The notes beneath the pieces were generated by a model. It worked only from the letters and a program-made list of their open reading frames with translations. It ran no database searches and was not told where the DNA came from. A DNA stretch of 64,000 nucleotides, taken from contig LVLI01000156.1 of the NCBI GenBank assembly GCA_001687465.1, positions 1-64,000 of the forward strand, in the 5' to 3' direction. Within the stretch, counting starts at the first letter, position 1, and every line of letters begins with the position of its first letter. This DNA is from Halocafeteria seosinensis (Eukaryota). A program made the translations under genes and the position numbers. This document shows, piece by piece, positions 40,427 to 51,841 of this stretch.

Positions 40427-43414
40427 ATGGCGGCGGCAGCCACCAATTCATCGCCTCCATCCGTCAGCGCGACAAGTTCGAATGCTGCTCCCCTTGGAGC
40501 TCATGCGTCATCAGGGCTCAATGGGAGACAAAAGCGACACTCGAGTGAATGGGCAGGGAGCTCTGCTAACACTGTGACGTTGCCATCAGCGGCAGCCAAA
40601 CCTGGAAGTGCTCGGTCGCCAGCGTTCTCGGAGAGCCAATATCCTCCGTTAGAATACCAACAAGATGGCGATGGAGGACTGAATTCGGATGATGAACTTA
40701 TCGGTAACAGTCCGCATAAGAAGATACCACAGCATCGTGCTTATAAAAGCACGGATGATAGCGCCAGTGGAGGCAGCCAACAGCAGGAAGACGACGACAC
40801 TGGACCCGACAACATACTTGTACGACGAGCCTCCAGCGCGCCACAATTCGCTGATTCATCCTACAGAAAGCATCGATCTGGAGAACGAGCTGAATATTTG
40901 TGGAAACGAGGGAAATACTTAAGAGTATGTGTTGAAATACGTTTGGAGGTGTTGGTCTCAGCCATTACTACGTTTGTGCTTCTTCACAGTGGTGGAAAAA
41001 ACGATGGTTTGTGTTGAATGGAAACACATTATCATACTTCAAGGATGAAAGCGGTATGCAACTAGGAGAGGTAAGTTGTTTACGTACCGGTAGTGAGGGT
41101 GACCCAGACATTACTGATTCCTCATGACTACCAGGTTGACGTTCGAAATGCTTCAGTTCTACTTCACACAAAATCCACAAAAGAGCATATTTTCGAACTC
41201 AAGCTCCGGAAAAGGAGCATTCTGTTGAAAGCCCGAGATCATCCCTCCAGGCAGCAATGGGTGTCTCTGCTGAGACGGAAAGTCAACAGCCAACACGATT
41301 TCGACGAATCAAATCCAGTTTACTCCAACGACAATATGAAAATGAAAGGATCGCCGAAGCATCAGCCTAGTAAAATTCCTTCAGCTCTGGAAATAGAAGG
41401 GCTATTGGAAGTGGGTGGCGAATTACGGGTTAGATCGGTTGATGAACCTTTGGATGATTTTCACTTGGCATGGTTCACTTATACTAGCGATAGACCTTTA
41501 TCATCACATGCTGATATATCTGAAGTCAGTGCAGCCAAATATATTGATCGTGCCACGGCGGAAGTCTATCAAGTCCGAGAAGAAGATGTTGGTAAGCGGA
41601 TTGGATGCACTTGCAGAACTGTGCTTGGTAATGAGCGGATCAGTACAGTTACGGAAGGAAGAGTGGCCGACATTGATAAGAATGTAGTGACTGCTCGTAT
41701 TTTTCTTGAGCCTCATGTCCATAATCGTTACTGCGACAGGCGTATCCGTGTATGCACTGCGCCCGGACGCTATCGTGAACACACCGTGTTGAAAGCAATC
41801 CTTAGGGGCCCATCCGAACTAGTGTCTCAGTACAAGATTCGTTGGTACCGCTCTGATGTGGTGGCATACAACGTAGGTAACGGCCCCTCCCAGTCGGGTG
41901 GTGGGTCTGAGGCGATAGATAAAACTACGATGCGCATGTACCATGTGAGACCTCGACCAGTGAGCCATTTACCACCTGCTCCCTCCGATTCTGAGCCAGC
42001 CCCCAGTATTCAGGAAATCCGAGACAAACTGAAGCTTGAGTATTCCGTCTCACGGGACTTATTACCCAGATATTCCCAAAAGTACCCCCTTTTTCGCGAC
42101 GACATTGGCCGGTACATTGCTTTTGATATTGTCCCGGTAGATAGACCCGAAGAGAAGGACGATGAGTTCGATGGTGTCGTGTGGCCTATGTGGGGTGATC
42201 AATCAAAGTTAACGTTTTCTCGGGAAGATTCGACACAGTCGCTGCCACGCAACGATATTCTTTATAGTAGCAGCACCAATACCGATGAAACCGGCAGGGT
42301 ATGTAGCTTTCCGGTAGGACCAGTAGAAGCTGGTCCTCCTAAAGCTCGGGAGATCTGGCTGGAAGGAGACCAGCGTGTCGATGGTGTCTTAATTGGTCAT
42401 TGGTATTACTTTGGTGGGGTGGAAGGCAAGACGCAGGTGTGGTGGATCAAAATAACCCCCTCTGGTGAAGCGTCGAATTTGACAGAACCGACTTGTGTTG
42501 CCCCAGGATATAAATCACCTCGGAGATACTCTAAAGCTTTGAAAGTACTTGATGAAGGACAGCCGAGCGTAGTCAAACTGACAGAAGAAGAAGAGGGGTG
42601 TCTTATAAAATTCAAAGTCCATCCCGTACGTGAAGATGGGGATGAAGGGCATACAGAGTCCAGCCGTCCAACTATAGAAATAGCAAGCAAGAGCTCTGCC
42701 TCAATGCTTACGCGACACACCGACCCGGAATTTTACGACACGCACTTGCAAGCTCCAAAGAGTGAACCACGGGTACCGAAGCCCCCTCCCCCCTGTCCGG
42801 CAACTGTAAGACGAGCTTCGGGTAATGACGCTATAGTACCTCGTGAGAACGTCACCGATAAGAGGAAACCAAAGCCTGTCCCGAAGCCACCCCAAAAGGA
42901 AGCAAGTAAAGAACAGAATGACCGAGAAAACAGGGGTAAACGGGACTCTGATGTGCATTCCACCTGTCCACCAAAACCTCCAGTCTCTCAACCGCCATCC
43001 AAGAGAAATACCATGCCTCCCCTTGTCAACTCGACTACTACTACTGAGACCATACCTCTCGTTGTCAACGCGAGTGCTACTGATACGATGCCTCCCGTTA
43101 CCAACTCCAGTGCTACTGCTGCTATACCTCTGGTTGTCAACTCGAGTGCTACTGCCGATACCGCAAGCGCCGCGACGGAAGTTGAGGAGAATGGACCACT
43201 TATTCACTTGTGGGAAGCAAAAACAGCGCCGGAAGGGGACACATACTACTACCATATCCGCCGTGGTGATACGACATGGGAACGCCCAGCAGACTTCGAT
43301 ACGGCGGTTGTGAGGCTTCCAAAGGGTTGGGTCGCGCAGAAAGATGGAGAAGACAGAACCCATTTTCGGAATACGGAAACAGGAGCAGTGCAATGGAGTG
43401 TTCCGGAAAAATAG
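40427..43414 (+). CDS. PH domain + Ig-like (AIR9 A9-like) repeats + Pro-rich region + two WW domains, 3 exons
   Basis: Spliced PH domain (EYLWKRGKYLRWWKKRWFVL...RQQWVSLLR), A9-like segments (YQVREEDVGKRIGC; YYFGGVEGKTQVWW...KFKVHPVREDG) and WW motifs (WEAKTAPEGDTYYYHIRRGDTTWERP; LPKGW...FRNTETGAVQWSVP). Confidence 0.72.
43010..43156 (+). repeat. Coding tandem repeat, four units of 36-39 bp
   Basis: The units encode TMPPLVNSTTTTE / TIPLVVNASATD / TMPPVTNSSATA / AIPLVVNSSATA. Confidence 0.8.
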
Positions 43415-43434
43415 CATTCGTTAAAACCTTTAAA

Positions 43435-46400
43435 TTAAGGTTTTAGTGTCTGACTAATATCGGAATCAGAGTCTTCAGAATTCTGAAGGATCATTGGATA
43501 ATACTCTCCTTTGCTCCTGCTCTAATCGAACCCAGACGGCTAACGAAGCACAGTAGACCTCTGTTTAAGGCGAAGATGACTTACCAAGAACTTAGCATAC
43601 TATCATAATGCTCGCTGAATAGTCTTCCAGATTGACCCATTGGGTTCACGAAAATGCTTCTCTGCTCGGTGTCCTTCACCTTTGCCCCGACGCTAGCCAT
43701 ATCCATTATCTGCACAAGCCGTCCACATTTCGACAGATATATACATTTTTTGGTTGATCGATGATGTCGTAAGTGTGCGTCAGCCTTACCACTCTGTAAC
43801 TGGGCCCATGTACTTGGGGTACCTTCTCTTCCTCCAGTTCGAATCCACCCACGTTAACAGTGGAAAAATCGCCACCTGCAAATTGTCAACATTGCTTGTT
43901 AAGCATCTGGCTAAGGAAAACTGGAGTCAATTAAACTGCAAGTACCATGCCCAGTGTAACGGTTTGCCATGCATCCCAACGGCGAGCTTCCTAATGAATT
44001 CGATATAAACTCAGCTTGATGCAAATCTGTTCCCCAACGCGGAGCTCTATCACTGAACGTAACTTCTCCTAAGTGGTTAACATCTTGAACAGAATTTTCC
44101 CAAATGTCAGAAACGTTTTCGAGAGATTTGATAATGAACTCGCTACAAGAGCTAAGATGACGACCGCCGAATTCAAACTGGGTGCAAGCGGGATCATGAC
44201 CACCACTAAGTGCCGAAAGCAAAAAGCCCGCAGAGGGATAGTATGTCTGGTTGGTTTCCCAAGAACCTAGGCGAAACAGTTCTCTGAGTAATCTTGCGTA
44301 CACAGGAGTCAGCCTATCTCCAACAGGCTGCCTAAAATCCCACTTGTTTAGGGCCTGCCTAATTTCTTGCGAACTCTGACCCAGTTCACTGACTGATACG
44401 CTCGTAAGCACGTATTTGACAATGTCTCGGGCTTGATAGGACATGTAGTCTAACTGAATCTTTTTCATGCTCTCAATCGTCATCTTTTCACCGCCGGCAA
44501 TGTTACCCTTGACCATGTCTGTTATCCTGGCCGCACGATAACCCAGTGAGCCCGTTGCGAAATCTCTACTCCTGTACAACCACAAGGTTAAATTTGAGGT
44601 ACACACTCCTCATAACAAGTGAACATAATTGCAACCAATACTTACAGAAGATATCGGTATGTCGGGGGTACAATCTGGTTATTGGCAGAGACGACGTATC
44701 CTTTCGACGGATTGTAGGTCCAGGGCATATCTTCAAAGGGCAGATACCCATGCCAGAGTGTTTCAAATGATCCTGTACAGCAACACCAAACACTCTCAAC
44801 CGTACTGTTAACGTCCAACCAACTACATAAAAAACTCACCATTTCCCGGCATAGGCCACGCCCCAGTGTGTTCCGGAGAGCGAGTTGGAACAGAGCCGGA
44901 AAGCTGATACCCTATGTTCCCGGACGTGTCAGCAAACACAACGTTCTGGCTTGGCGCTGTAAAATATTTCATTGCGTTCCGAAATTCGTCGAATGACTTT
45001 GCAAAATTCGTCAGAGTAAATGCTTCCACAGTAGTATCATCTACGTCCGGGTCGATGGAAACCCATTTCAAACTTAACGGAGCCTTGATGCCTTCAACAA
45101 TGTTGTTGTCAGTTACCACAGGGCCGTACACACTTGAACGGACTTGCAATATTTTGTCGTTCCCACCCTTAACGACTACTCGTTCTTCTCGGATATCAAA
45201 CGGCATTAGGCTCTGATTCATCCTATAGTGGGTAAAGTTTACGGCATCCATCACATATAAATCTTGAACATCGGCACCCCTGCACATGGTAGCGTTATTC
45301 TTACATCAGGTAGTAGTAGTCTTGGTACAAATTCAAACGTAAGTTCACTTACGAATTGGTGACTCCCCATGCAATATTCTTATTATGTCCTAAAACCACA
45401 CCGGGAATACCGGGAAAACTAGCACCAACAACCCCGTTTGAGAAAGTGGAGTTCTCGATCCGAAGTCCGTTCAAAATCCAAATAGATGGGGCCCCTAGAC
45501 GAAGATGCGGGTCGTTACAGAGGAGAGGGAACCCTGACTGAGTATGATTTCCATGAATAACCCAATTGTTGCTGGCGCCAAAACCCATATTGGGTGTCTT
45601 GGCCAGTCCCGACAGTGACCTCGATTCTCGACCTCCTGGGTTGATCCACTCTCCGTAGATACCGTCAAAGATGTACCTTCTAACAGTCGATTGCAAAGAC
45701 GCCGAAAGCGAGTCAACAAAACCATTAACTGGCTCCCCGGCCTGTTCATATGGTGTCGCGAGGGAATCGTCAGGAGCTGTATTGCCTAGTTCCAGAGCCT
45801 GACGAATAAGGGTCTCCTGGCTACCTTGCATTCTGGAGTCATCAGCTACACGCTGCGAAGGGGGCAACTCATCAGTACTAAGTATAGTGGGGCCCCAACT
45901 AAGATTGTAGGCAGGCATAAGGGTATCCACTCGCTCTGGTGCGACTCCTAGAACGTGGTGAAGACGAAAACGGCTTAGTTCTTCGGCCATATTCTTGCTA
46001 AGATCATAGCTCATAAGCTTGCCCCATACAAGGGAATCTTCTGGGAGCCAAGGATCAGGCTTGTAACCCAGCAAACGGAATTCAATGGGCATCCCTTCGT
46101 CTTTCCGTATAAACTCGTTAACGCCCTGGGTATAAGCGCGAAGAGTGTTGGTAGCGAGGCTGCCACGGGATTTATCCTTCTGCAAGACCTTCCATGTAGC
46201 TTTTGCAGCTTCGTATACCCCTAGCGTCCTCATCAGCTTATCTATTTCCAAACCGGATTCTCCAGCAATTTCAGACACTGTGCCTTTGCCGATTCGTCTC
46301 TGTAACTCCATTTGGAACAGGCGCATTTGACTGTGTGCAAATCCCTGAGCATAAGCAACATCTTCTATGCTCTTTCCATGAATATGGAAAACTCCATTGG

Positions 46401-47370
46401 ACTCTCGGTTAATCTGAATATCAGTTCAAACAAGTCTCTACATTCTATCAGCGTGAGCTTGCGGCTGAAGTCGAAACTTACCTTGACGCCATCGTTTAAC
46501 CCTTTCAGGGTTTGCTCTCGACTAAGATCTGGGAGACTTTGGAAGCGAAGCACCGCTAAGCCTATCGCCCCTATTACTAGCAAGAGCGTCGCAATGGCAA
46601 CGACGAGTGTCAAGGTCACCCATGAGAACCAAAGGACCCATCGCTTCCATGGAGTTTGACGGCTGAGATGGCACGCATTACATCGATTACAGCAATTCGA
46701 CTCGGGTAACTGATCCAATGTCGAGTATTTGTGTGAGGATGCGTTCCTTAAAACGGAGAGGTCTTGCTCCGTTTCCAGATCTCTTTGTGGTTTCTTCTGG
46801 ACCATGCTCTTCCAGTTGCTCGGAAGTGTTGTGCACAGACAGTATTGCCCAAGTTTTCCGCGGCTTGTGCGCCATAAGTGAATCGCGAATAAAGCTAGTA
46901 GCGTCGGTCCCAAAATGGGCAACGCAATCATCAAGTCTCTTATCAAGGGACACAAATCTGCACCAGCAAGCAAATTGGAATCGTGGTACAAAAACCAGTT
47001 CGATTGGCAAAACCCCTGAGACAAGTAACTTACGTCGGTAAGGGTTGAGTACGACAAGAAGGTACACATACGCGAGGGTCGACAGAATCGCTGTCCCAAT
47101 GGTAGCGTACAATCCTACGGTGCGTGTGCACCAGCGGCATGACCCAATGAACCTGCAGGAGCATCGAGGAGCTCTACGGCGCCGGTTCTCAACTTCGGAG
47201 ACTTCCAGGCCTTCCAGATGATCCGTCATGACATGGATATCGTCCTCGCTTTCAAATGGACCGTGAACATCCTCGTGTCGGTGCTCTGAAGCGCAAGCGC
47301 GTCCGGAGGAAGACGGATTCGTGTTCATCACGGGGGTGTAGCGAGGCAATTCCTGCTGTTTTGACGCCAT
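43435..47370 (-). CDS. Peptidase S45 acylase with N-terminal TM region, copy 2, multi-exon
   Basis: RLFQMELQRRIGKG, GA|SNNWVIHG, NDPHL, LGHNKNIAWGVTN, PSQNVVFAD and VSANNQ. Intron positions match copy 1. The stop TAA is at 43435-43437. Confidence 0.9.
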
Positions 47371-48103
47371 GGCAACGTCGTGCCTCCCCACAGTATAAAG
47401 CTACTACTGGTTGTTGCCTTTTTTTGTCTGTCTTTTGAGGGAAAGGAAGGCAGGTCAACTGGCACCATGCATAACAAACCCGCAATGAACGACTTGTGAA
47501 GCCAGAATCTAAGATACCGGGTCCGTGTGTCATCAGACGGGGAATGAATCGGCACGGTTGTACTGGTACTTTGGGCTTTAAGCTACATGCATAGCTTACT
47601 GTCGATCGATTGCAAGAGAACTTTGAAACATGTTTCATGACACCGGCTCCTTCAGCATCGTCGCATTTGACAAGAGTGAGAGTTCAACCATCAACAATCA
47701 ACTGCGTAGGACGTGGCTGAGAAGGCAAATGCGGATATCCGGCTTATTAGACGACGTCGTCGTCGATTAGATACAAGGGACACGTGTACCGTTAGTTGAT
47801 GCAGTTCATGGACAGATACCGGTTGATAGGATATGCCCGGCGTTCTACTCCTGTTTGAGTTCCAACAAGCGGGAATCTCAGAAAAGCGGAACGTAAAGAA
47901 TGGAGATTCTTCAGTAGAGAGAGAAATACTAAAGACCCAAAACTATAACTGTAACCAATAAATGAGAAATCGAGAGAGCAGCTGAGTTCATTTGGTATCT
48001 ATCTGTGTTCTCGCTTAGCAACTGGGCACTAAATGCCATACCACACGGTACAGTAATGTATAGCCTGCTACCTATTCCAATTACTACTACCTACGAAAGC
48101 AAG

Positions 48104-51100
48104 CTAATGGTTTTCAGGGTGAGACTGTCGTCTATCAACGAAATACTGAAGTTTGGCAGACCGCTTCGACCTGTAGAGTGAGTCCACTATCTCAAACTTT
48201 ACGGAGTCCACATTCGTTCCGGTATTAAAGACATTATTTTGAAGGTCCAGACAAACTGAATGCAACGCTTTTGAAATGTCAAGTAGTTTGTCCGAGGATG
48301 GTTCGACAATTGCCAAAGTTACTGTACTCTTGATCCCTTCCTCACTTCGGTCGATCCACAGCTGAAACATGGACGGAATGTCTTCTTCAAACCGGCACTG
48401 TTTTAGACCGTTCCTAACTACCGTGGCCACTTCCTCCCAGGAGATGAACTTGGAGCCAAAAGGCATGCTTCTGCTACCAGGCGTTCTTCCGAGCACCTCA
48501 ATCTTGGAACAACTGTGGCCCACCTGCTTAACGAGGTCGCCCGTGTCGAAGCGAACGAGTGGATGCTCTTTCCTAACAAGGTTTGTTAGTACCAGTCGCC
48601 CAGGGTTACCCGGCTCAACGGGAGTGTCCGCATCTTGTGCTAGTATCTCGGGGTAAACGGTATCCGATGCGATTGTATAATGTTCTGTGTCTCCAGCTTC
48701 TTGCCCAATGGCAAAGACGCCAGCTTCAGCGCTGCCATAAACTCCAAATAGTTGACACTCAGAATGGCACATATCTCGAATGAAACTACGCTGATTTATA
48801 TCCAGCGGCTCGCCTCCATGGACAACTCGACGCACGGTAGGCAGTTTTCGACCTAGATTTTTACATGTCAGTGCCAATTGAAGAATCCTCGTTCCCCACC
48901 CTGCAAGAAAGTTAACTCCAAAATGATATATTGCTTCCAGTACCTCATCATCGGACGCATTAGCTCCAACAGGTAGGTGAGTAGCGTTCACTTGCAGCAA
49001 CACGTCCTGAAAGACTTCCATGGAACGGATCAAGTTGCCGGAGGCGAATAGATTAACAGCGACCACCTCCGTATCCAATAAACCGGATATTTGCATTTGC
49101 TTTCTCAGTCTCGTCCTCATCGTTACATTTTCACTATTTGTCCGGGGTACAGCAACTTTAGAGCTCGACGATGCTGAATGAGCTGGTGTTGTGCCTCCTG
49201 CTGGACTCCAGTAGAGTCCACCCTTGCCATAGAAACATGTTCCAAAGTGGTCCTGCAACCGACCAACAAGTTGCTGTTTCGATAAAATAGGCCATGCACG
49301 TAAGTTAAAGCCCGACAGTGATCTCCCTAAGTAAGTAAGGGACAAATCATTCCTGTCGTGGTACATCCGATGACGCTTGGCAGACAACAGTACACTATCA
49401 ACTTCAGGTGCGTTGTCAAANTCAAATCTTATGCGCTGCAGATATCGGCGGGATTCCTTAATTATTCCACGCGAATGAGCAAACCGGTGATTATCTGTTA
49501 TCAAGATTGTACGCTCTGGAACTACCATGGCCGACGCATCGCACCGTTGCTGTAGTATCTCCTCAAGCCTATCAAACGCTTTCCAAAACTTCGCTTCTTG
49601 TTCTTGCGTGAGGTCAGATGTGTCAATGCTGTCCCTTCTCAAACGAGCTCGCGTATCAGAAAGGAGTACCGGACCACGTATGCGATCAATTTTGCCCTTT
49701 TGGAACTCTGGGGGGACTTTCCAATTAACTTGCGTCTCTTGCAGTATCACTTCGTCCTGCGCCGAAAGATCGGCGACGGCGTCCCCGACTGATGTAAGGC
49801 CGAAAAGACCATGATACGTCTTGTCGGCCCTAACGATGGCAAGAGCGACAAAGCGGGGAGGAGGTTCTTCGAAAGTGGCGTCTGTGTGGACATCGAACTG
49901 TTTCTTAGTATGCGACCGTGCAACATGTCCTCCACTAGCAGGCTGAGGTTTGACGTCCCATACATATCCTTCCTTGTCACTATGTCGTCGAAGATTTCCA
50001 CCCAATATGTTTTCGATAAATCTTTGGAGTTGATCCTTGTTCCCTAACTCGGATTTCGTAGCAACTAGTGCCATCCCATCCTTTGCCAAAGCCTCCCTTA
50101 TGCCATATCCGTCAACTGTTTCAAGTCCACCATAGAAAAAACGATCGCTACGTGGAATATCAGAGATTAGAATTGCCGGAAATATAGGGATACCACCCGA
50201 AGACAAACTAATGACGTGACTAGCAGAACTTCTGCACAGTCCAGGGCCATAGTGAATGCCGTCCAGTGACAGAAACGTCCCGACCACCCGATAACGAGTA
50301 ATCTGGAATGCTGAACTCGTTACTTGGAATTTATGTTGACGCACGTATGGTTGAGCGACGTGCTGCCCATGTTGCCTGAGTTCCTGTAACTTTTCATGAA
50401 ACTCGCTTGTCGTAAATTGGCTCTGCACAACGACCCCTTCGCCTTTTCCCGCGAGACGTGGTTTGATTACCATGCCATCCTGCATTAGTTCCATTGCCCC
50501 GTCATCCAAACGCTCTAGTGATATTGTCGGAATAACGTGCCTCTTTAACGTCTTTCTGTATTCTTCCGATAAATTCCCTACTTCTGATCTAAGAAGTTGT
50601 AGCATCAACTTGTCGTGCGCTAGGAAGATGGTCCGTAGGTCGTTCAAGCACCGCCCTCGCTGAGATAGACGAGCAAATCCTTTAAGGACGTCCACGCTAA
50701 GAGAAAGGATTTCGTCTTGGTGAAGCTCAAGAATGCACTGATGTACCTCTTTGCTGGCTCCATCCTGCGAGACTATGGCCAGTGCTCCGTGTGGGGTGCA
50801 GAAAATCTCCGAAGGATTGCAAACGCAAACGCCGAGATAAGTTAGCTGCCCGAAGAGTCCTGTGTCATGCACGGTCTCCCTACCTCGTACAATCCAGACG
50901 GTCGTATCCCTCTCAAATCTACTCCTTAAATCCTTTATCAGACTCATGCTAGCACTGTCGGCGGATATACTGTAGTCAGATAAGCAACTGGATCCGGAGG
51001 CTGCCGCTTCATGTAGCGCACTGTTAACCACAGCTCCAATCAGGAACCCATTAAGCGGAAATCTACAATTTATTTCACACACTTTAATATCCCCATCCTC

Positions 51101-51487
51101 GGTAAACAAGAAATCAGGCCTCAAAGTCCCGAGGGATGTGATCGTACCACCTCCGTCTCCCCACACCTCTGTGAAAACCTCTTTAATTTTTTCAGGAAGC
51201 GGTAGTTTCTTCTGGAGTGTTGGTTCTCGAGGCCACCTGGAAATAAGGGAGCAAAGACCCGCATATACTGCGTCATTAATCTGAGCTAGCAATTGACATT
51301 GCTGAGGTGTCCAGACAAATGGACTAGGGGATGTAGATTCCAACATCTCCGTCAAAGCTGGCGAAACCTCCAAGGCCCCGAATGCTTCCCATGTAACGTC
51401 CGCCATGTTGCCTTGGTATCTGCTTTGACTCACATCATCCCTGAAAATATTGCTTTCGTATTTACCTCCACACTCTTTGAGCTTCAT
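48104..51487 (-). CDS. Tri-domain enzyme: circularly permuted ATP-grasp ligase + TauD/CAS-like Fe(II)/2OG dioxygenase + phenylacetate-CoA-ligase-like (PaaK/ANL) domain
   Basis: ATP-grasp: LRPDFL...VCEINCRF, HDKLML, VIKPRLAGKGEGV, VAQPYV. Dioxygenase: HTD, DNHRFAHSR, LQRIRF. ANL: PILSK, HGGEPL, YGSAEAG, LVLTNL...PLVRFDTGD, VLGRT, SAKL. It is a single open frame with one N at 49421. The start is ATG 51487 or 51406. Confidence 0.82.
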   Translation of the reverse strand: MKLKECGGKYESNIFRDDVSQSRYQGNMADVTWEAFGALEVSPALTEMLESTSPSPFVWTPQQCQLLAQINDAVYAGLCSLISRWPREPTLQKKLPLPEKIKEVFTEVWGDGGGTITSLGTLRPDFLFTEDGDIKVCEINCRFPLNGFLIGAVVNSALHEAAASGSSCLSDYSISADSASMSLIKDLRSRFERDTTVWIVRGRETVHDTGLFGQLTYLGVCVCNPSEIFCTPHGALAIVSQDGASKEVHQCILELHQDEILSLSVDVLKGFARLSQRGRCLNDLRTIFLAHDKLMLQLLRSEVGNLSEEYRKTLKRHVIPTISLERLDDGAMELMQDGMVIKPRLAGKGEGVVVQSQFTTSEFHEKLQELRQHGQHVAQPYVRQHKFQVTSSAFQITRYRVVGTFLSLDGIHYGPGLCRSSASHVISLSSGGIPIFPAILISDIPRSDRFFYGGLETVDGYGIREALAKDGMALVATKSELGNKDQLQRFIENILGGNLRRHSDKEGYVWDVKPQPASGGHVARSHTKKQFDVHTDATFEEPPPRFVALAIVRADKTYHGLFGLTSVGDAVADLSAQDEVILQETQVNWKVPPEFQKGKIDRIRGPVLLSDTRARLRRDSIDTSDLTQEQEAKFWKAFDRLEEILQQRCDASAMVVPERTILITDNHRFAHSRGIIKESRRYLQRIRFXFDNAPEVDSVLLSAKRHRMYHDRNDLSLTYLGRSLSGFNLRAWPILSKQQLVGRLQDHFGTCFYGKGGLYWSPAGGTTPAHSASSSSKVAVPRTNSENVTMRTRLRKQMQISGLLDTEVVAVNLFASGNLIRSMEVFQDVLLQVNATHLPVGANASDDEVLEAIYHFGVNFLAGWGTRILQLALTCKNLGRKLPTVRRVVHGGEPLDINQRSFIRDMCHSECQLFGVYGSAEAGVFAIGQEAGDTEHYTIASDTVYPEILAQDADTPVEPGNPGRLVLTNLVRKEHPLVRFDTGDLVKQVGHSCSKIEVLGRTPGSRSMPFGSKFISWEEVATVVRNGLKQCRFEEDIPSMFQLWIDRSEEGIKSTVTLAIVEPSSDKLLDISKALHSVCLDLQNNVFNTGTNVDSVKFEIVDSLYRSKRSAKLQYFVDRRQSHPENH

Positions 51488-51841
51488 TATCGTCCCGTGA
51501 GAATTTTCTAACTGGTAATTGTGAAGCAGCGCCCAATGACTGCAGTTAACCACGTATATACCGTTATAATTATGCGCTGGCACTATTTACACGCAGGTAT
51601 TAAACTGTACGAATGCCTTGCTCTTCAGAACAACACAACTTGGATACCCATCATTGCCTACTAGCGTAGGGGAGCCTTTCCCGGTACCCTCACTACCCTG
51701 GTATTTACTTCACACTGTTGGTTCACAAACTGCTGGTACAGTGCTGCAGCCTGCAAGAATTCAAGCGGTACCACGATATAGCCGCTTCACTGCATGTATA
51801 TTGCTATCCACCAAAGCCGAGAGGCAAAACAAAAGAAAGGG

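Noticed and set aside
43010..43156. 36-39 bp repeats as a CRISPR-like array
   Set aside because: The units are adjacent with no spacers, degenerate, and in frame inside a eukaryotic coding exon.
48104..51487. Lack of introns as proof of recent horizontal transfer or bacterial contamination
   Set aside because: SLC35B4 and PPAT here are also intronless and STK36 has a ~4.3 kb exon. The neighbours are spliced eukaryotic genes. Only a phylogeny can address origin.
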